From Azolla caroliniana (taxonomy: Eukaryota; Plantae; Polypodiophyta), in the NCBI GenBank assembly GCA_043228905.1, contig JBHGNT010000128.1:7829-71828 (forward strand): a DNA stretch of 64,000 nucleotides. The letters are read 5' to 3'. Made by a program: the position numbers and the translations under genes. Shown here in pieces: positions 51,667 through 64,000 of the stretch. The notes under the pieces were generated by a model. That model was not told the DNA's origin and ran no database searches. It saw only the letters and a program-made list of their open reading frames with translations. Position 1 is the first letter of the stretch. Every line of letters starts with the position of its first letter.

Positions 51667-53807
51667 GAGTTCTCTTGAAGAACCGATTTGCTTCTTATAG
51701 GCTGCACCCTAACATGCCTCACCATGTGGGATATACGTTATATAATCATCTCAACATTTAAGGCAAACTTTTGTCCTCTCATTGCATCGAAACCACCTTG
51801 GCCGATCGTGGGGACCACATTTGTTGTTGTTTGGTTGTAGCCACCCTATTATCCATCCCTATACCAAGTCGGGATATACATACTCTCCCATCGCCAAGTG
51901 CACCTTATAGGTGCGATTCGTTATTGGTGGTTATAAGCCCCCATATCTGAACCAAACGAACGTTCACGAAATCGTGTGAGCTTCCCGAATCGAGCGAGAA
52001 TTGTAATGGAGATCCACCCGTCTGCACGTAGTAAATCATTAGGCCCCACTGCATGTCGAGGGAAAGAGAATTTACAATTACTTGAACGACCGGCGCGCGT
52101 AAACCTCAAGGAAATATGTTCCGCATCGTTGCATCTAGGTAACTACGTTTTCACGTTACCCAACCTCGAGTCTCGTCATGACAATGGCACACACTAATGA
52201 GCAACCTAATGGCCACGCCGACACGCGCCCTCTTCTCCGCATTGAAGCTAGTGTGGCCCGTCACATGGTTATCTCATGACCAATGCGTTTCACAATGATG
52301 GTCTCGTGACGCCCCCCTAATCAAGTAACGAACGCGGGAGACTCGGTGCGGGATTCGTAAGGGCGACCCAATGAGAAGTGGGTCTAACCCTAATTCCCCT
52401 TAAATGGGCGGGGAATGGGCAAGACACCATGATCCAAGGCAACATACACCGACCGTGGCCATGCTTTGCGCAATTTTTACATATGGCACAATCGGGGCGA
52501 CCGAGGGTAGTAGCACTAATTTCGTTAAATAAGGATGGTCACCGCACCTTCCCCACAGAAATGCGAGGGTGGGCACCGCGACCCTAAACCCCGAAACACA
52601 CACCATCATGCATATGATACCGATATCGTATAACAAATTCTGAACATGCACACTACATGTCTAGGACATGTATAACATCGCATAGGCATACACGCGATCC
52701 CATCCACATGCATACATAAACGGATCTTAAACAAAGACGCAATCCAATGACGATGCAATCGAGACGCGTAATAAACGCCTTTGGGCTCTACGGACACTCG
52801 GCGACCGGAGGGGTATATGAAACATGAGGTTTGAGGCATTGACCTGATACACGCATGAGACAACATCTCCTATCAAACATGTACTATATGGATTTCGAAT
52901 AACGGAGTAGATAGTGTAATGCGTAATGTAGGCGTAAACCTCACAAGCAATACATTTAACACGCATACGATTTATACGACGCATAAAGTATGACCAAGGC
53001 AACATGATCTAACGATCTATACGTTAAAATAATGGCTTCAACATGTACACGCAAGGGAGAAGAAATAATGTAGAAGACGATAAAGCACATGATTCAGAAG
53101 AACAACCCTGATGTAGCTCAAGGGTTGCGTTGTTGCTATTTCCGTGCTTCGTCTTATGTTTCCTCCGGGCTTGCAACGCACGACTTGAAGTTCTTGCTCC
53201 CGACGTTCCGAACTTTTAGAAAGCGTTGTATCTCCTCCTCATATCTGCGCAATTTGTGCGCTTGGGAGACGGGAAGTGATTCTCAAAATTGACTGATGTG
53301 AGACATGCGCCTCATCCTCCTCACGTTCTTCGGGTGTCGACGGGGATTGCACAAGCGACGCACGCGTGGATTCACGTCTCGGCCAGTGCTCAAGGATTGT
53401 GCGAGCGTGTTGGTTGTACATGGACATCGCATCGGTGTTTCCCTCCTTTGTTATTCTACAGCTTCGGCAACCCATGGCCATTGACGCACGGTTCTACGTC
53501 ACGACGCGCATGGTTTCTCTCTAGCCGTTGTACTTAAATTAATTACGAGAAGGAGAAGGTAGGCGAGGTTGGAGCGTGTGATGTGTGATCTATAGATATG
53601 AACGGAAACGTGAAGGGGCTAAACATGGACGAGGTTAAAGTGAACCACCAATAGTGAGTGGGTAGATTGACGTGAGAGGATGGTGGCGCGATGACGGTTG
53701 TGCGTGCGTGCCATGGTGAATACACAGACGCAAGATAAGAACGTCCCACATAGAGAGGATGCAGAGCAAGGGGGCTATAAAACGAGAGCGTTGCGCTAAG
53801 CCAAAAC

Positions 53808-53971
53808 ATACTTACCTGGGCGGGGTCAATCGGTGATCAAGAAGGCCGATGGCTTAGGGCCGGTGCCTCCATTGCACCACCGGAGGGACTGCTTGCCCTA
53901 GCATCTCCCCAAGCGGGAGAGTGCACGTCATAATTTGTGACAGCAGGGGCTCGCGTTCGCGCGGCCCCCAT
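53808..53971 (+). ncRNA. U1: U1 snRNA (array type)
   Basis: Array copy. Confidence 0.97.
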
Positions 53972-54787
53972 CTCAATCCAGTGATATCAAGTCGTCCACG
54001 TTTGGCGGAAGCATTGGTCGCTCATGGCGGATTCGTCTCAAATGATGCGCTTATGCTTGATCGTCAAGTTGGCCATGTTTGGCGGAAGCGTCGGTTGCGC
54101 TAAGGGTCCCTCGGCATTTTGCTTGGCGGAAGCATCTTATTTTTTGGTGGCTTCCCTCGGCCATGCATATTATGCAAAATGATTTGGCGGAAGCACAATA
54201 TGGTTTCGGACACCAACACAACACCGATTTCCACTACCCTGAGAAACGAGAGGAGTATAAAGAACCATCGAGCGGGGATATACACGTATAGGATATACAC
54301 GTGTCATAGGCCGGAGGTGGCACATGGCGTACCCATGGTAAGAGTGAAGAGAATTCTGAGTGGATACACGCGACGAGCTGCACATGCGTCGATGTAAAAT
54401 CTAGTTCACTTCTCTGCCTTGGACCATGAGAGACCACATACGTACGCCTAACGACCATAGGCGGACTCCCGCCGCATCCTCCATTTATCTTCTCTCCCAT
54501 TCCAATAGTTCTTCTTTATAGCCCGGGCATCGGTTTGGCTCGTCTCTCTGCTCGATTCATGGACGTTCACCACGCGTTGAAAGCCTTCCGTTCTAGTACC
54601 TAAAGAAATGTGGGAAAAGATAGATGCATTTATCTAGAACGTTCATCCGCGTGACATCGTCCTTTAGATTATATCATTAGAAGCGGGACGCGCCTATGGA
54701 ACATCTTCCTTCATTTTTATTATCATTGTAGAATGAGGGCGCGCCTATGTAACATCTTCCTTCATTTTTATTATCATTGTAGAATGA

Positions 54788-54991
54788 GGGCGCGCCTATG
54801 TGACCTCAACATCAGTGCAAGGCTGAGGCGACGCACGCAACTCCCAAATGCAGCAAGCTGCCTTGAGCGAGAGCTGCCCCCATGAAAGAAATTAGGTTAA
54901 TATCGTGCGGCCTGATAGGCCGCGTATCAGATATTAAACTGATAAGAACAGATACTACACTTGATCTTAGCCAAAAGGCCGAGAAAGGTAT
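54788..54991 (-). ncRNA. U2: U2 snRNA
   Basis: Array copy. Confidence 0.97.
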
Positions 54992-57132
54992 GAGTTCTCT
55001 TGAAGAACCGATTTGCTTCTTATAGGCTGCACCCTAACATGCCTCACCATGTGGGATATACGTTATATAATCATCTCAACATTTAAGGCAAACTTTTGTC
55101 CTCTCATTGCATCGAAACCACCTTGGCCGATCGTGGGGACCACATTTGTTGTTGTTTGGTTGTAGCCACCCTATTATCCATCCCTATACCAAGTCGGGAT
55201 ATACATACTCTCCCATCGCCAAGTGCACCTTATAGGTGCGATTCGTTATTGGTGGTTATAAGCCCCCATATCTGAACCAAACGAACGTTCACGAAATCGT
55301 GTGAGCTTCCCGAATCGAGCGAGAATTGTAATGGAGATCCACCCGTCTGCACGTAGTAAATCATTAGGCCCCACTGCATGTCGAGGGAAAGAGAATTTAC
55401 AATTACTTGAACGACCGGCGCGCGTAAACCTCAAGGAAATATGTTCCGCATCGTTGCATCTAGGTAACTACGTTTTCACGTTACCCAACCTCGAGTCTCG
55501 TCATGACAATGGCACACACTAATGAGCAACCTAATGGCCACGCCGACACGCGCCCTCTTCTCCGCATTGAAGCTAGTGTGGCCCGTCACATGGTTATCTC
55601 ATGACCAATGCGTTTCACAATGATGGTCTCGTGACGCCCCCCTAATCAAGTAACGAACGCGGGAGACTCGGTGCGGGATTCGTAAGGGCGACCCAATGAG
55701 AAGTGGGTCTAACCCTAATTCCCCTTAAATGGGCGGGGAATGGGCAAGACACCATGATCCAAGGCAACATACACCGACCGTGGCCATGCTTTGCGCAATT
55801 TTTACATATGGCACAATCGGGGCGACCGAGGGTAGTAGCACTAATTTCGTTAAATAAGGATGGTCACCGCACCTTCCCCACAGAAATGCGAGGGTGGGCA
55901 CCGCGACCCTAAACCCCGAAACACACACCATCATGCATATGATACCGATATCGTATAACAAATTCTGAACATGCACACTACATGTCTAGGACATGTATAA
56001 CATCGCATAGGCATACACGCGATCCCATCCACATGCATACATAAACGGATCTTAAACAAAGACGCAATCCAATGACGATGCAATCGAGACGCGTAATAAA
56101 CGCCTTTGGGCTCTACGGACACTCGGCGACCGGAGGGGTATATGAAACATGAGGTTTGAGGCATTGACCTGATACACGCATGAGACAACATCTCCTATCA
56201 AACATGTACTATATGGATTTCGAATAACGGAGTAGATAGTGTAATGCGTAATGTAGGCGTAAACCTCACAAGCAATACATTTAACACGCATACGATTTAT
56301 ACGACGCATAAAGTATGACCAAGGCAACATGATCTAACGATCTATACGTTAAAATAATGGCTTCAACATGTACACGCAAGGGAGAAGAAATAATGTAGAA
56401 GACGATAAAGCACATGATTCAGAAGAACAACCCTGATGTAGCTCAAGGGTTGCGTTGTTGCTATTTCCGTGCTTCGTCTTATGTTTCCTCCGGGCTTGCA
56501 ACGCACGACTTGAAGTTCTTGCTCCCGACGTTCCGAACTTTTAGAAAGCGTTGTATCTCCTCCTCATATCTGCGCAATTTGTGCGCTTGGGAGACGGGAA
56601 GTGATTCTCAAAATTGACTGATGTGAGACATGCGCCTCATCCTCCTCACGTTCTTCGGGTGTCGACGGGGATTGCACAAGCGACGCACGCGTGGATTCAC
56701 GTCTCGGCCAGTGCTCAAGGATTGTGCGAGCGTGTTGGTTGTACATGGACATCGCATCGGTGTTTCCCTCCTTTGTTATTCTACAGCTTCGGCAACCCAT
56801 GGCCATTGACGCACGGTTCTACGTCACGACGCGCATGGTTTCTCTCTAGCCGTTGTACTTAAATTAATTACGAGAAGGAGAAGGTAGGCGAGGTTGGAGC
56901 GTGTGATGTGTGATCTATAGATATGAACGGAAACGTGAAGGGGCTAAACATGGACGAGGTTAAAGTGAACCACCAATAGTGAGTGGGTAGATTGACGTGA
57001 GAGGATGGTGGCGCGATGACGGTTGTGCGTGCGTGCCATGGTGAATACACAGACGCAAGATAAGAACGTCCCACATAGAGAGGATGCAGAGCAAGGGGGC
57101 TATAAAACGAGAGCGTTGCGCTAAGCCAAAAC

Positions 57133-57296
57133 ATACTTACCTGGGCGGGGTCAATCGGTGATCAAGAAGGCCGATGGCTTAGGGCCGGTGCCTCCATTGC
57201 ACCACCGGAGGGACTGCTTGCCCTAGCATCTCCCCAAGCGGGAGAGTGCACGTCATAATTTGTGACAGCAGGGGCTCGCGTTCGCGCGGCCCCCAT
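57133..57296 (+). ncRNA. U1: U1 snRNA (array type)
   Basis: Array copy. Confidence 0.97.
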
Positions 57297-58112
57297 CTCA
57301 ATCCAGTGATATCAAGTCGTCCACGTTTGGCGGAAGCATTGGTCGCTCATGGCGGATTCGTCTCAAATGATGCGCTTATGCTTGATCGTCAAGTTGGCCA
57401 TGTTTGGCGGAAGCGTCGGTTGCGCTAAGGGTCCCTCGGCATTTTGCTTGGCGGAAGCATCTTATTTTTTGGTGGCTTCCCTCGGCCATGCATATTATGC
57501 AAAATGATTTGGCGGAAGCACAATATGGTTTCGGACACCAACACAACACCGATTTCCACTACCCTGAGAAACGAGAGGAGTATAAAGAACCATCGAGCGG
57601 GGATATACACGTATAGGATATACACGTGTCATAGGCCGGAGGTGGCACATGGCGTACCCATGGTAAGAGTGAAGAGAATTCTGAGTGGATACACGCGACG
57701 AGCTGCACATGCGTCGATGTAAAATCTAGTTCACTTCTCTGCCTTGGACCATGAGAGACCACATACGTACGCCTAACGACCATAGGCGGACTCCCGCCGC
57801 ATCCTCCATTTATCTTCTCTCCCATTCCAATAGTTCTTCTTTATAGCCCGGGCATCGGTTTGGCTCGTCTCTCTGCTCGATTCATGGACGTTCACCACGC
57901 GTTGAAAGCCTTCCGTTCTAGTACCTAAAGAAATGTGGGAAAAGATAGATGCATTTATCTAGAACGTTCATCCGCGTGACATCGTCCTTTAGATTATATC
58001 ATTAGAAGCGGGACGCGCCTATGGAACATCTTCCTTCATTTTTATTATCATTGTAGAATGAGGGCGCGCCTATGTAACATCTTCCTTCATTTTTATTATC
58101 ATTGTAGAATGA

Positions 58113-58316
58113 GGGCGCGCCTATGTGACCTCAACATCAGTGCAAGGCTGAGGCGACGCACGCAACTCCCAAATGCAGCAAGCTGCCTTGAGCGAGAGCT
58201 GCCCCCATGAAAGAAATTAGGTTAATATCGTGCGGCCTGATAGGCCGCGTATCAGATATTAAACTGATAAGAACAGATACTACACTTGATCTTAGCCAAA
58301 AGGCCGAGAAAGGTAT
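58113..58316 (-). ncRNA. U2: U2 snRNA
   Basis: Array copy. Confidence 0.97.
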
Positions 58317-60457
58317 GAGTTCTCTTGAAGAACCGATTTGCTTCTTATAGGCTGCACCCTAACATGCCTCACCATGTGGGATATACGTTATATAATCATC
58401 TCAACATTTAAGGCAAACTTTTGTCCTCTCATTGCATCGAAACCACCTTGGCCGATCGTGGGGACCACATTTGTTGTTGTTTGGTTGTAGCCACCCTATT
58501 ATCCATCCCTATACCAAGTCGGGATATACATACTCTCCCATCGCCAAGTGCACCTTATAGGTGCGATTCGTTATTGGTGGTTATAAGCCCCCATATCTGA
58601 ACCAAACGAACGTTCACGAAATCGTGTGAGCTTCCCGAATCGAGCGAGAATTGTAATGGAGATCCACCCGTCTGCACGTAGTAAATCATTAGGCCCCACT
58701 GCATGTCGAGGGAAAGAGAATTTACAATTACTTGAACGACCGGCGCGCGTAAACCTCAAGGAAATATGTTCCGCATCGTTGCATCTAGGTAACTACGTTT
58801 TCACGTTACCCAACCTCGAGTCTCGTCATGACAATGGCACACACTAATGAGCAACCTAATGGCCACGCCGACACGCGCCCTCTTCTCCGCATTGAAGCTA
58901 GTGTGGCCCGTCACATGGTTATCTCATGACCAATGCGTTTCACAATGATGGTCTCGTGACGCCCCCCTAATCAAGTAACGAACGCGGGAGACTCGGTGCG
59001 GGATTCGTAAGGGCGACCCAATGAGAAGTGGGTCTAACCCTAATTCCCCTTAAATGGGCGGGGAATGGGCAAGACACCATGATCCAAGGCAACATACACC
59101 GACCGTGGCCATGCTTTGCGCAATTTTTACATATGGCACAATCGGGGCGACCGAGGGTAGTAGCACTAATTTCGTTAAATAAGGATGGTCACCGCACCTT
59201 CCCCACAGAAATGCGAGGGTGGGCACCGCGACCCTAAACCCCGAAACACACACCATCATGCATATGATACCGATATCGTATAACAAATTCTGAACATGCA
59301 CACTACATGTCTAGGACATGTATAACATCGCATAGGCATACACGCGATCCCATCCACATGCATACATAAACGGATCTTAAACAAAGACGCAATCCAATGA
59401 CGATGCAATCGAGACGCGTAATAAACGCCTTTGGGCTCTACGGACACTCGGCGACCGGAGGGGTATATGAAACATGAGGTTTGAGGCATTGACCTGATAC
59501 ACGCATGAGACAACATCTCCTATCAAACATGTACTATATGGATTTCGAATAACGGAGTAGATAGTGTAATGCGTAATGTAGGCGTAAACCTCACAAGCAA
59601 TACATTTAACACGCATACGATTTATACGACGCATAAAGTATGACCAAGGCAACATGATCTAACGATCTATACGTTAAAATAATGGCTTCAACATGTACAC
59701 GCAAGGGAGAAGAAATAATGTAGAAGACGATAAAGCACATGATTCAGAAGAACAACCCTGATGTAGCTCAAGGGTTGCGTTGTTGCTATTTCCGTGCTTC
59801 GTCTTATGTTTCCTCCGGGCTTGCAACGCACGACTTGAAGTTCTTGCTCCCGACGTTCCGAACTTTTAGAAAGCGTTGTATCTCCTCCTCATATCTGCGC
59901 AATTTGTGCGCTTGGGAGACGGGAAGTGATTCTCAAAATTGACTGATGTGAGACATGCGCCTCATCCTCCTCACGTTCTTCGGGTGTCGACGGGGATTGC
60001 ACAAGCGACGCACGCGTGGATTCACGTCTCGGCCAGTGCTCAAGGATTGTGCGAGCGTGTTGGTTGTACATGGACATCGCATCGGTGTTTCCCTCCTTTG
60101 TTATTCTACAGCTTCGGCAACCCATGGCCATTGACGCACGGTTCTACGTCACGACGCGCATGGTTTCTCTCTAGCCGTTGTACTTAAATTAATTACGAGA
60201 AGGAGAAGGTAGGCGAGGTTGGAGCGTGTGATGTGTGATCTATAGATATGAACGGAAACGTGAAGGGGCTAAACATGGACGAGGTTAAAGTGAACCACCA
60301 ATAGTGAGTGGGTAGATTGACGTGAGAGGATGGTGGCGCGATGACGGTTGTGCGTGCGTGCCATGGTGAATACACAGACGCAAGATAAGAACGTCCCACA
60401 TAGAGAGGATGCAGAGCAAGGGGGCTATAAAACGAGAGCGTTGCGCTAAGCCAAAAC

Positions 60458-60621
60458 ATACTTACCTGGGCGGGGTCAATCGGTGATCAAGAAGGCCGAT
60501 GGCTTAGGGCCGGTGCCTCCATTGCACCACCGGAGGGACTGCTTGCCCTAGCATCTCCCCAAGCGGGAGAGTGCACGTCATAATTTGTGACAGCAGGGGC
60601 TCGCGTTCGCGCGGCCCCCAT
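60458..60621 (+). ncRNA. U1: U1 snRNA (array type)
   Basis: Array copy. Confidence 0.97.
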
Positions 60622-61437
60622 CTCAATCCAGTGATATCAAGTCGTCCACGTTTGGCGGAAGCATTGGTCGCTCATGGCGGATTCGTCTCAAATGATGCGC
60701 TTATGCTTGATCGTCAAGTTGGCCATGTTTGGCGGAAGCGTCGGTTGCGCTAAGGGTCCCTCGGCATTTTGCTTGGCGGAAGCATCTTATTTTTTGGTGG
60801 CTTCCCTCGGCCATGCATATTATGCAAAATGATTTGGCGGAAGCACAATATGGTTTCGGACACCAACACAACACCGATTTCCACTACCCTGAGAAACGAG
60901 AGGAGTATAAAGAACCATCGAGCGGGGATATACACGTATAGGATATACACGTGTCATAGGCCGGAGGTGGCACATGGCGTACCCATGGTAAGAGTGAAGA
61001 GAATTCTGAGTGGATACACGCGACGAGCTGCACATGCGTCGATGTAAAATCTAGTTCACTTCTCTGCCTTGGACCATGAGAGACCACATACGTACGCCTA
61101 ACGACCATAGGCGGACTCCCGCCGCATCCTCCATTTATCTTCTCTCCCATTCCAATAGTTCTTCTTTATAGCCCGGGCATCGGTTTGGCTCGTCTCTCTG
61201 CTCGATTCATGGACGTTCACCACGCGTTGAAAGCCTTCCGTTCTAGTACCTAAAGAAATGTGGGAAAAGATAGATGCATTTATCTAGAACGTTCATCCGC
61301 GTGACATCGTCCTTTAGATTATATCATTAGAAGCGGGACGCGCCTATGGAACATCTTCCTTCATTTTTATTATCATTGTAGAATGAGGGCGCGCCTATGT
61401 AACATCTTCCTTCATTTTTATTATCATTGTAGAATGA

Positions 61438-61641
61438 GGGCGCGCCTATGTGACCTCAACATCAGTGCAAGGCTGAGGCGACGCACGCAACTCCCAAATG
61501 CAGCAAGCTGCCTTGAGCGAGAGCTGCCCCCATGAAAGAAATTAGGTTAATATCGTGCGGCCTGATAGGCCGCGTATCAGATATTAAACTGATAAGAACA
61601 GATACTACACTTGATCTTAGCCAAAAGGCCGAGAAAGGTAT
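61438..61641 (-). ncRNA. U2: U2 snRNA
   Basis: Array copy. Confidence 0.97.
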
Positions 61642-63782
61642 GAGTTCTCTTGAAGAACCGATTTGCTTCTTATAGGCTGCACCCTAACATGCCTCACCAT
61701 GTGGGATATACGTTATATAATCATCTCAACATTTAAGGCAAACTTTTGTCCTCTCATTGCATCGAAACCACCTTGGCCGATCGTGGGGACCACATTTGTT
61801 GTTGTTTGGTTGTAGCCACCCTATTATCCATCCCTATACCAAGTCGGGATATACATACTCTCCCATCGCCAAGTGCACCTTATAGGTGCGATTCGTTATT
61901 GGTGGTTATAAGCCCCCATATCTGAACCAAACGAACGTTCACGAAATCGTGTGAGCTTCCCGAATCGAGCGAGAATTGTAATGGAGATCCACCCGTCTGC
62001 ACGTAGTAAATCATTAGGCCCCACTGCATGTCGAGGGAAAGAGAATTTACAATTACTTGAACGACCGGCGCGCGTAAACCTCAAGGAAATATGTTCCGCA
62101 TCGTTGCATCTAGGTAACTACGTTTTCACGTTACCCAACCTCGAGTCTCGTCATGACAATGGCACACACTAATGAGCAACCTAATGGCCACGCCGACACG
62201 CGCCCTCTTCTCCGCATTGAAGCTAGTGTGGCCCGTCACATGGTTATCTCATGACCAATGCGTTTCACAATGATGGTCTCGTGACGCCCCCCTAATCAAG
62301 TAACGAACGCGGGAGACTCGGTGCGGGATTCGTAAGGGCGACCCAATGAGAAGTGGGTCTAACCCTAATTCCCCTTAAATGGGCGGGGAATGGGCAAGAC
62401 ACCATGATCCAAGGCAACATACACCGACCGTGGCCATGCTTTGCGCAATTTTTACATATGGCACAATCGGGGCGACCGAGGGTAGTAGCACTAATTTCGT
62501 TAAATAAGGATGGTCACCGCACCTTCCCCACAGAAATGCGAGGGTGGGCACCGCGACCCTAAACCCCGAAACACACACCATCATGCATATGATACCGATA
62601 TCGTATAACAAATTCTGAACATGCACACTACATGTCTAGGACATGTATAACATCGCATAGGCATACACGCGATCCCATCCACATGCATACATAAACGGAT
62701 CTTAAACAAAGACGCAATCCAATGACGATGCAATCGAGACGCGTAATAAACGCCTTTGGGCTCTACGGACACTCGGCGACCGGAGGGGTATATGAAACAT
62801 GAGGTTTGAGGCATTGACCTGATACACGCATGAGACAACATCTCCTATCAAACATGTACTATATGGATTTCGAATAACGGAGTAGATAGTGTAATGCGTA
62901 ATGTAGGCGTAAACCTCACAAGCAATACATTTAACACGCATACGATTTATACGACGCATAAAGTATGACCAAGGCAACATGATCTAACGATCTATACGTT
63001 AAAATAATGGCTTCAACATGTACACGCAAGGGAGAAGAAATAATGTAGAAGACGATAAAGCACATGATTCAGAAGAACAACCCTGATGTAGCTCAAGGGT
63101 TGCGTTGTTGCTATTTCCGTGCTTCGTCTTATGTTTCCTCCGGGCTTGCAACGCACGACTTGAAGTTCTTGCTCCCGACGTTCCGAACTTTTAGAAAGCG
63201 TTGTATCTCCTCCTCATATCTGCGCAATTTGTGCGCTTGGGAGACGGGAAGTGATTCTCAAAATTGACTGATGTGAGACATGCGCCTCATCCTCCTCACG
63301 TTCTTCGGGTGTCGACGGGGATTGCACAAGCGACGCACGCGTGGATTCACGTCTCGGCCAGTGCTCAAGGATTGTGCGAGCGTGTTGGTTGTACATGGAC
63401 ATCGCATCGGTGTTTCCCTCCTTTGTTATTCTACAGCTTCGGCAACCCATGGCCATTGACGCACGGTTCTACGTCACGACGCGCATGGTTTCTCTCTAGC
63501 CGTTGTACTTAAATTAATTACGAGAAGGAGAAGGTAGGCGAGGTTGGAGCGTGTGATGTGTGATCTATAGATATGAACGGAAACGTGAAGGGGCTAAACA
63601 TGGACGAGGTTAAAGTGAACCACCAATAGTGAGTGGGTAGATTGACGTGAGAGGATGGTGGCGCGATGACGGTTGTGCGTGCGTGCCATGGTGAATACAC
63701 AGACGCAAGATAAGAACGTCCCACATAGAGAGGATGCAGAGCAAGGGGGCTATAAAACGAGAGCGTTGCGCTAAGCCAAAAC

Positions 63783-63946
63783 ATACTTACCTGGGCGGGG
63801 TCAATCGGTGATCAAGAAGGCCGATGGCTTAGGGCCGGTGCCTCCATTGCACCACCGGAGGGACTGCTTGCCCTAGCATCTCCCCAAGCGGGAGAGTGCA
63901 CGTCATAATTTGTGACAGCAGGGGCTCGCGTTCGCGCGGCCCCCAT
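63783..63946 (+). ncRNA. U1: U1 snRNA (array type)
   Basis: Array copy. Confidence 0.97.
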
Positions 63947-64000
63947 CTCAATCCAGTGATATCAAGTCGTCCACGTTTGGCGGAAGCATTGGTCGCTCAT

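Larger units (their letters stand above)
50163..64000. repeat. Tandem array 2 of a 3325-bp U1/U2 unit (at least 4.2 units, runs off the window)
   Basis: Exact 3325-bp period (ORF track 50596, 53921, 57246, 60571). Confidence 0.98.

Overview
Land-plant nuclear DNA with no intact host protein-coding gene. It is a spliceosomal snRNA gene cluster: 12 U1, 10 U2 and 1 U4 genes. Most sit in two tandem arrays (5869-19731, 3323-bp unit; 50163-end, 3325-bp unit), and each unit holds one U1 (+) and one U2 (-) facing each other. The two arrays and their left flanks belong to a segmental duplication with an offset of about 43.56 kb. An older, diverged, inverted U1/U2 pair lies at 36.6-37.9 kb and the U4 gene at 43.1-43.3 kb. 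Between 19.7 and 35.6 kb is a retrotransposon nest: a truncated Copia, a young near-intact Copia, several solo LTRs and an unclassified element. The most unusual feature is promoter geometry: every promoter type measured has the USE at -65/-66 with a 22-bp USE-TATA gap, which is the Pol III-type spacing in angiosperms, although U1, U2 and U4 are normally Pol II genes. All coordinates were read by eye, and snRNA 3' ends are approximate by a few nt.
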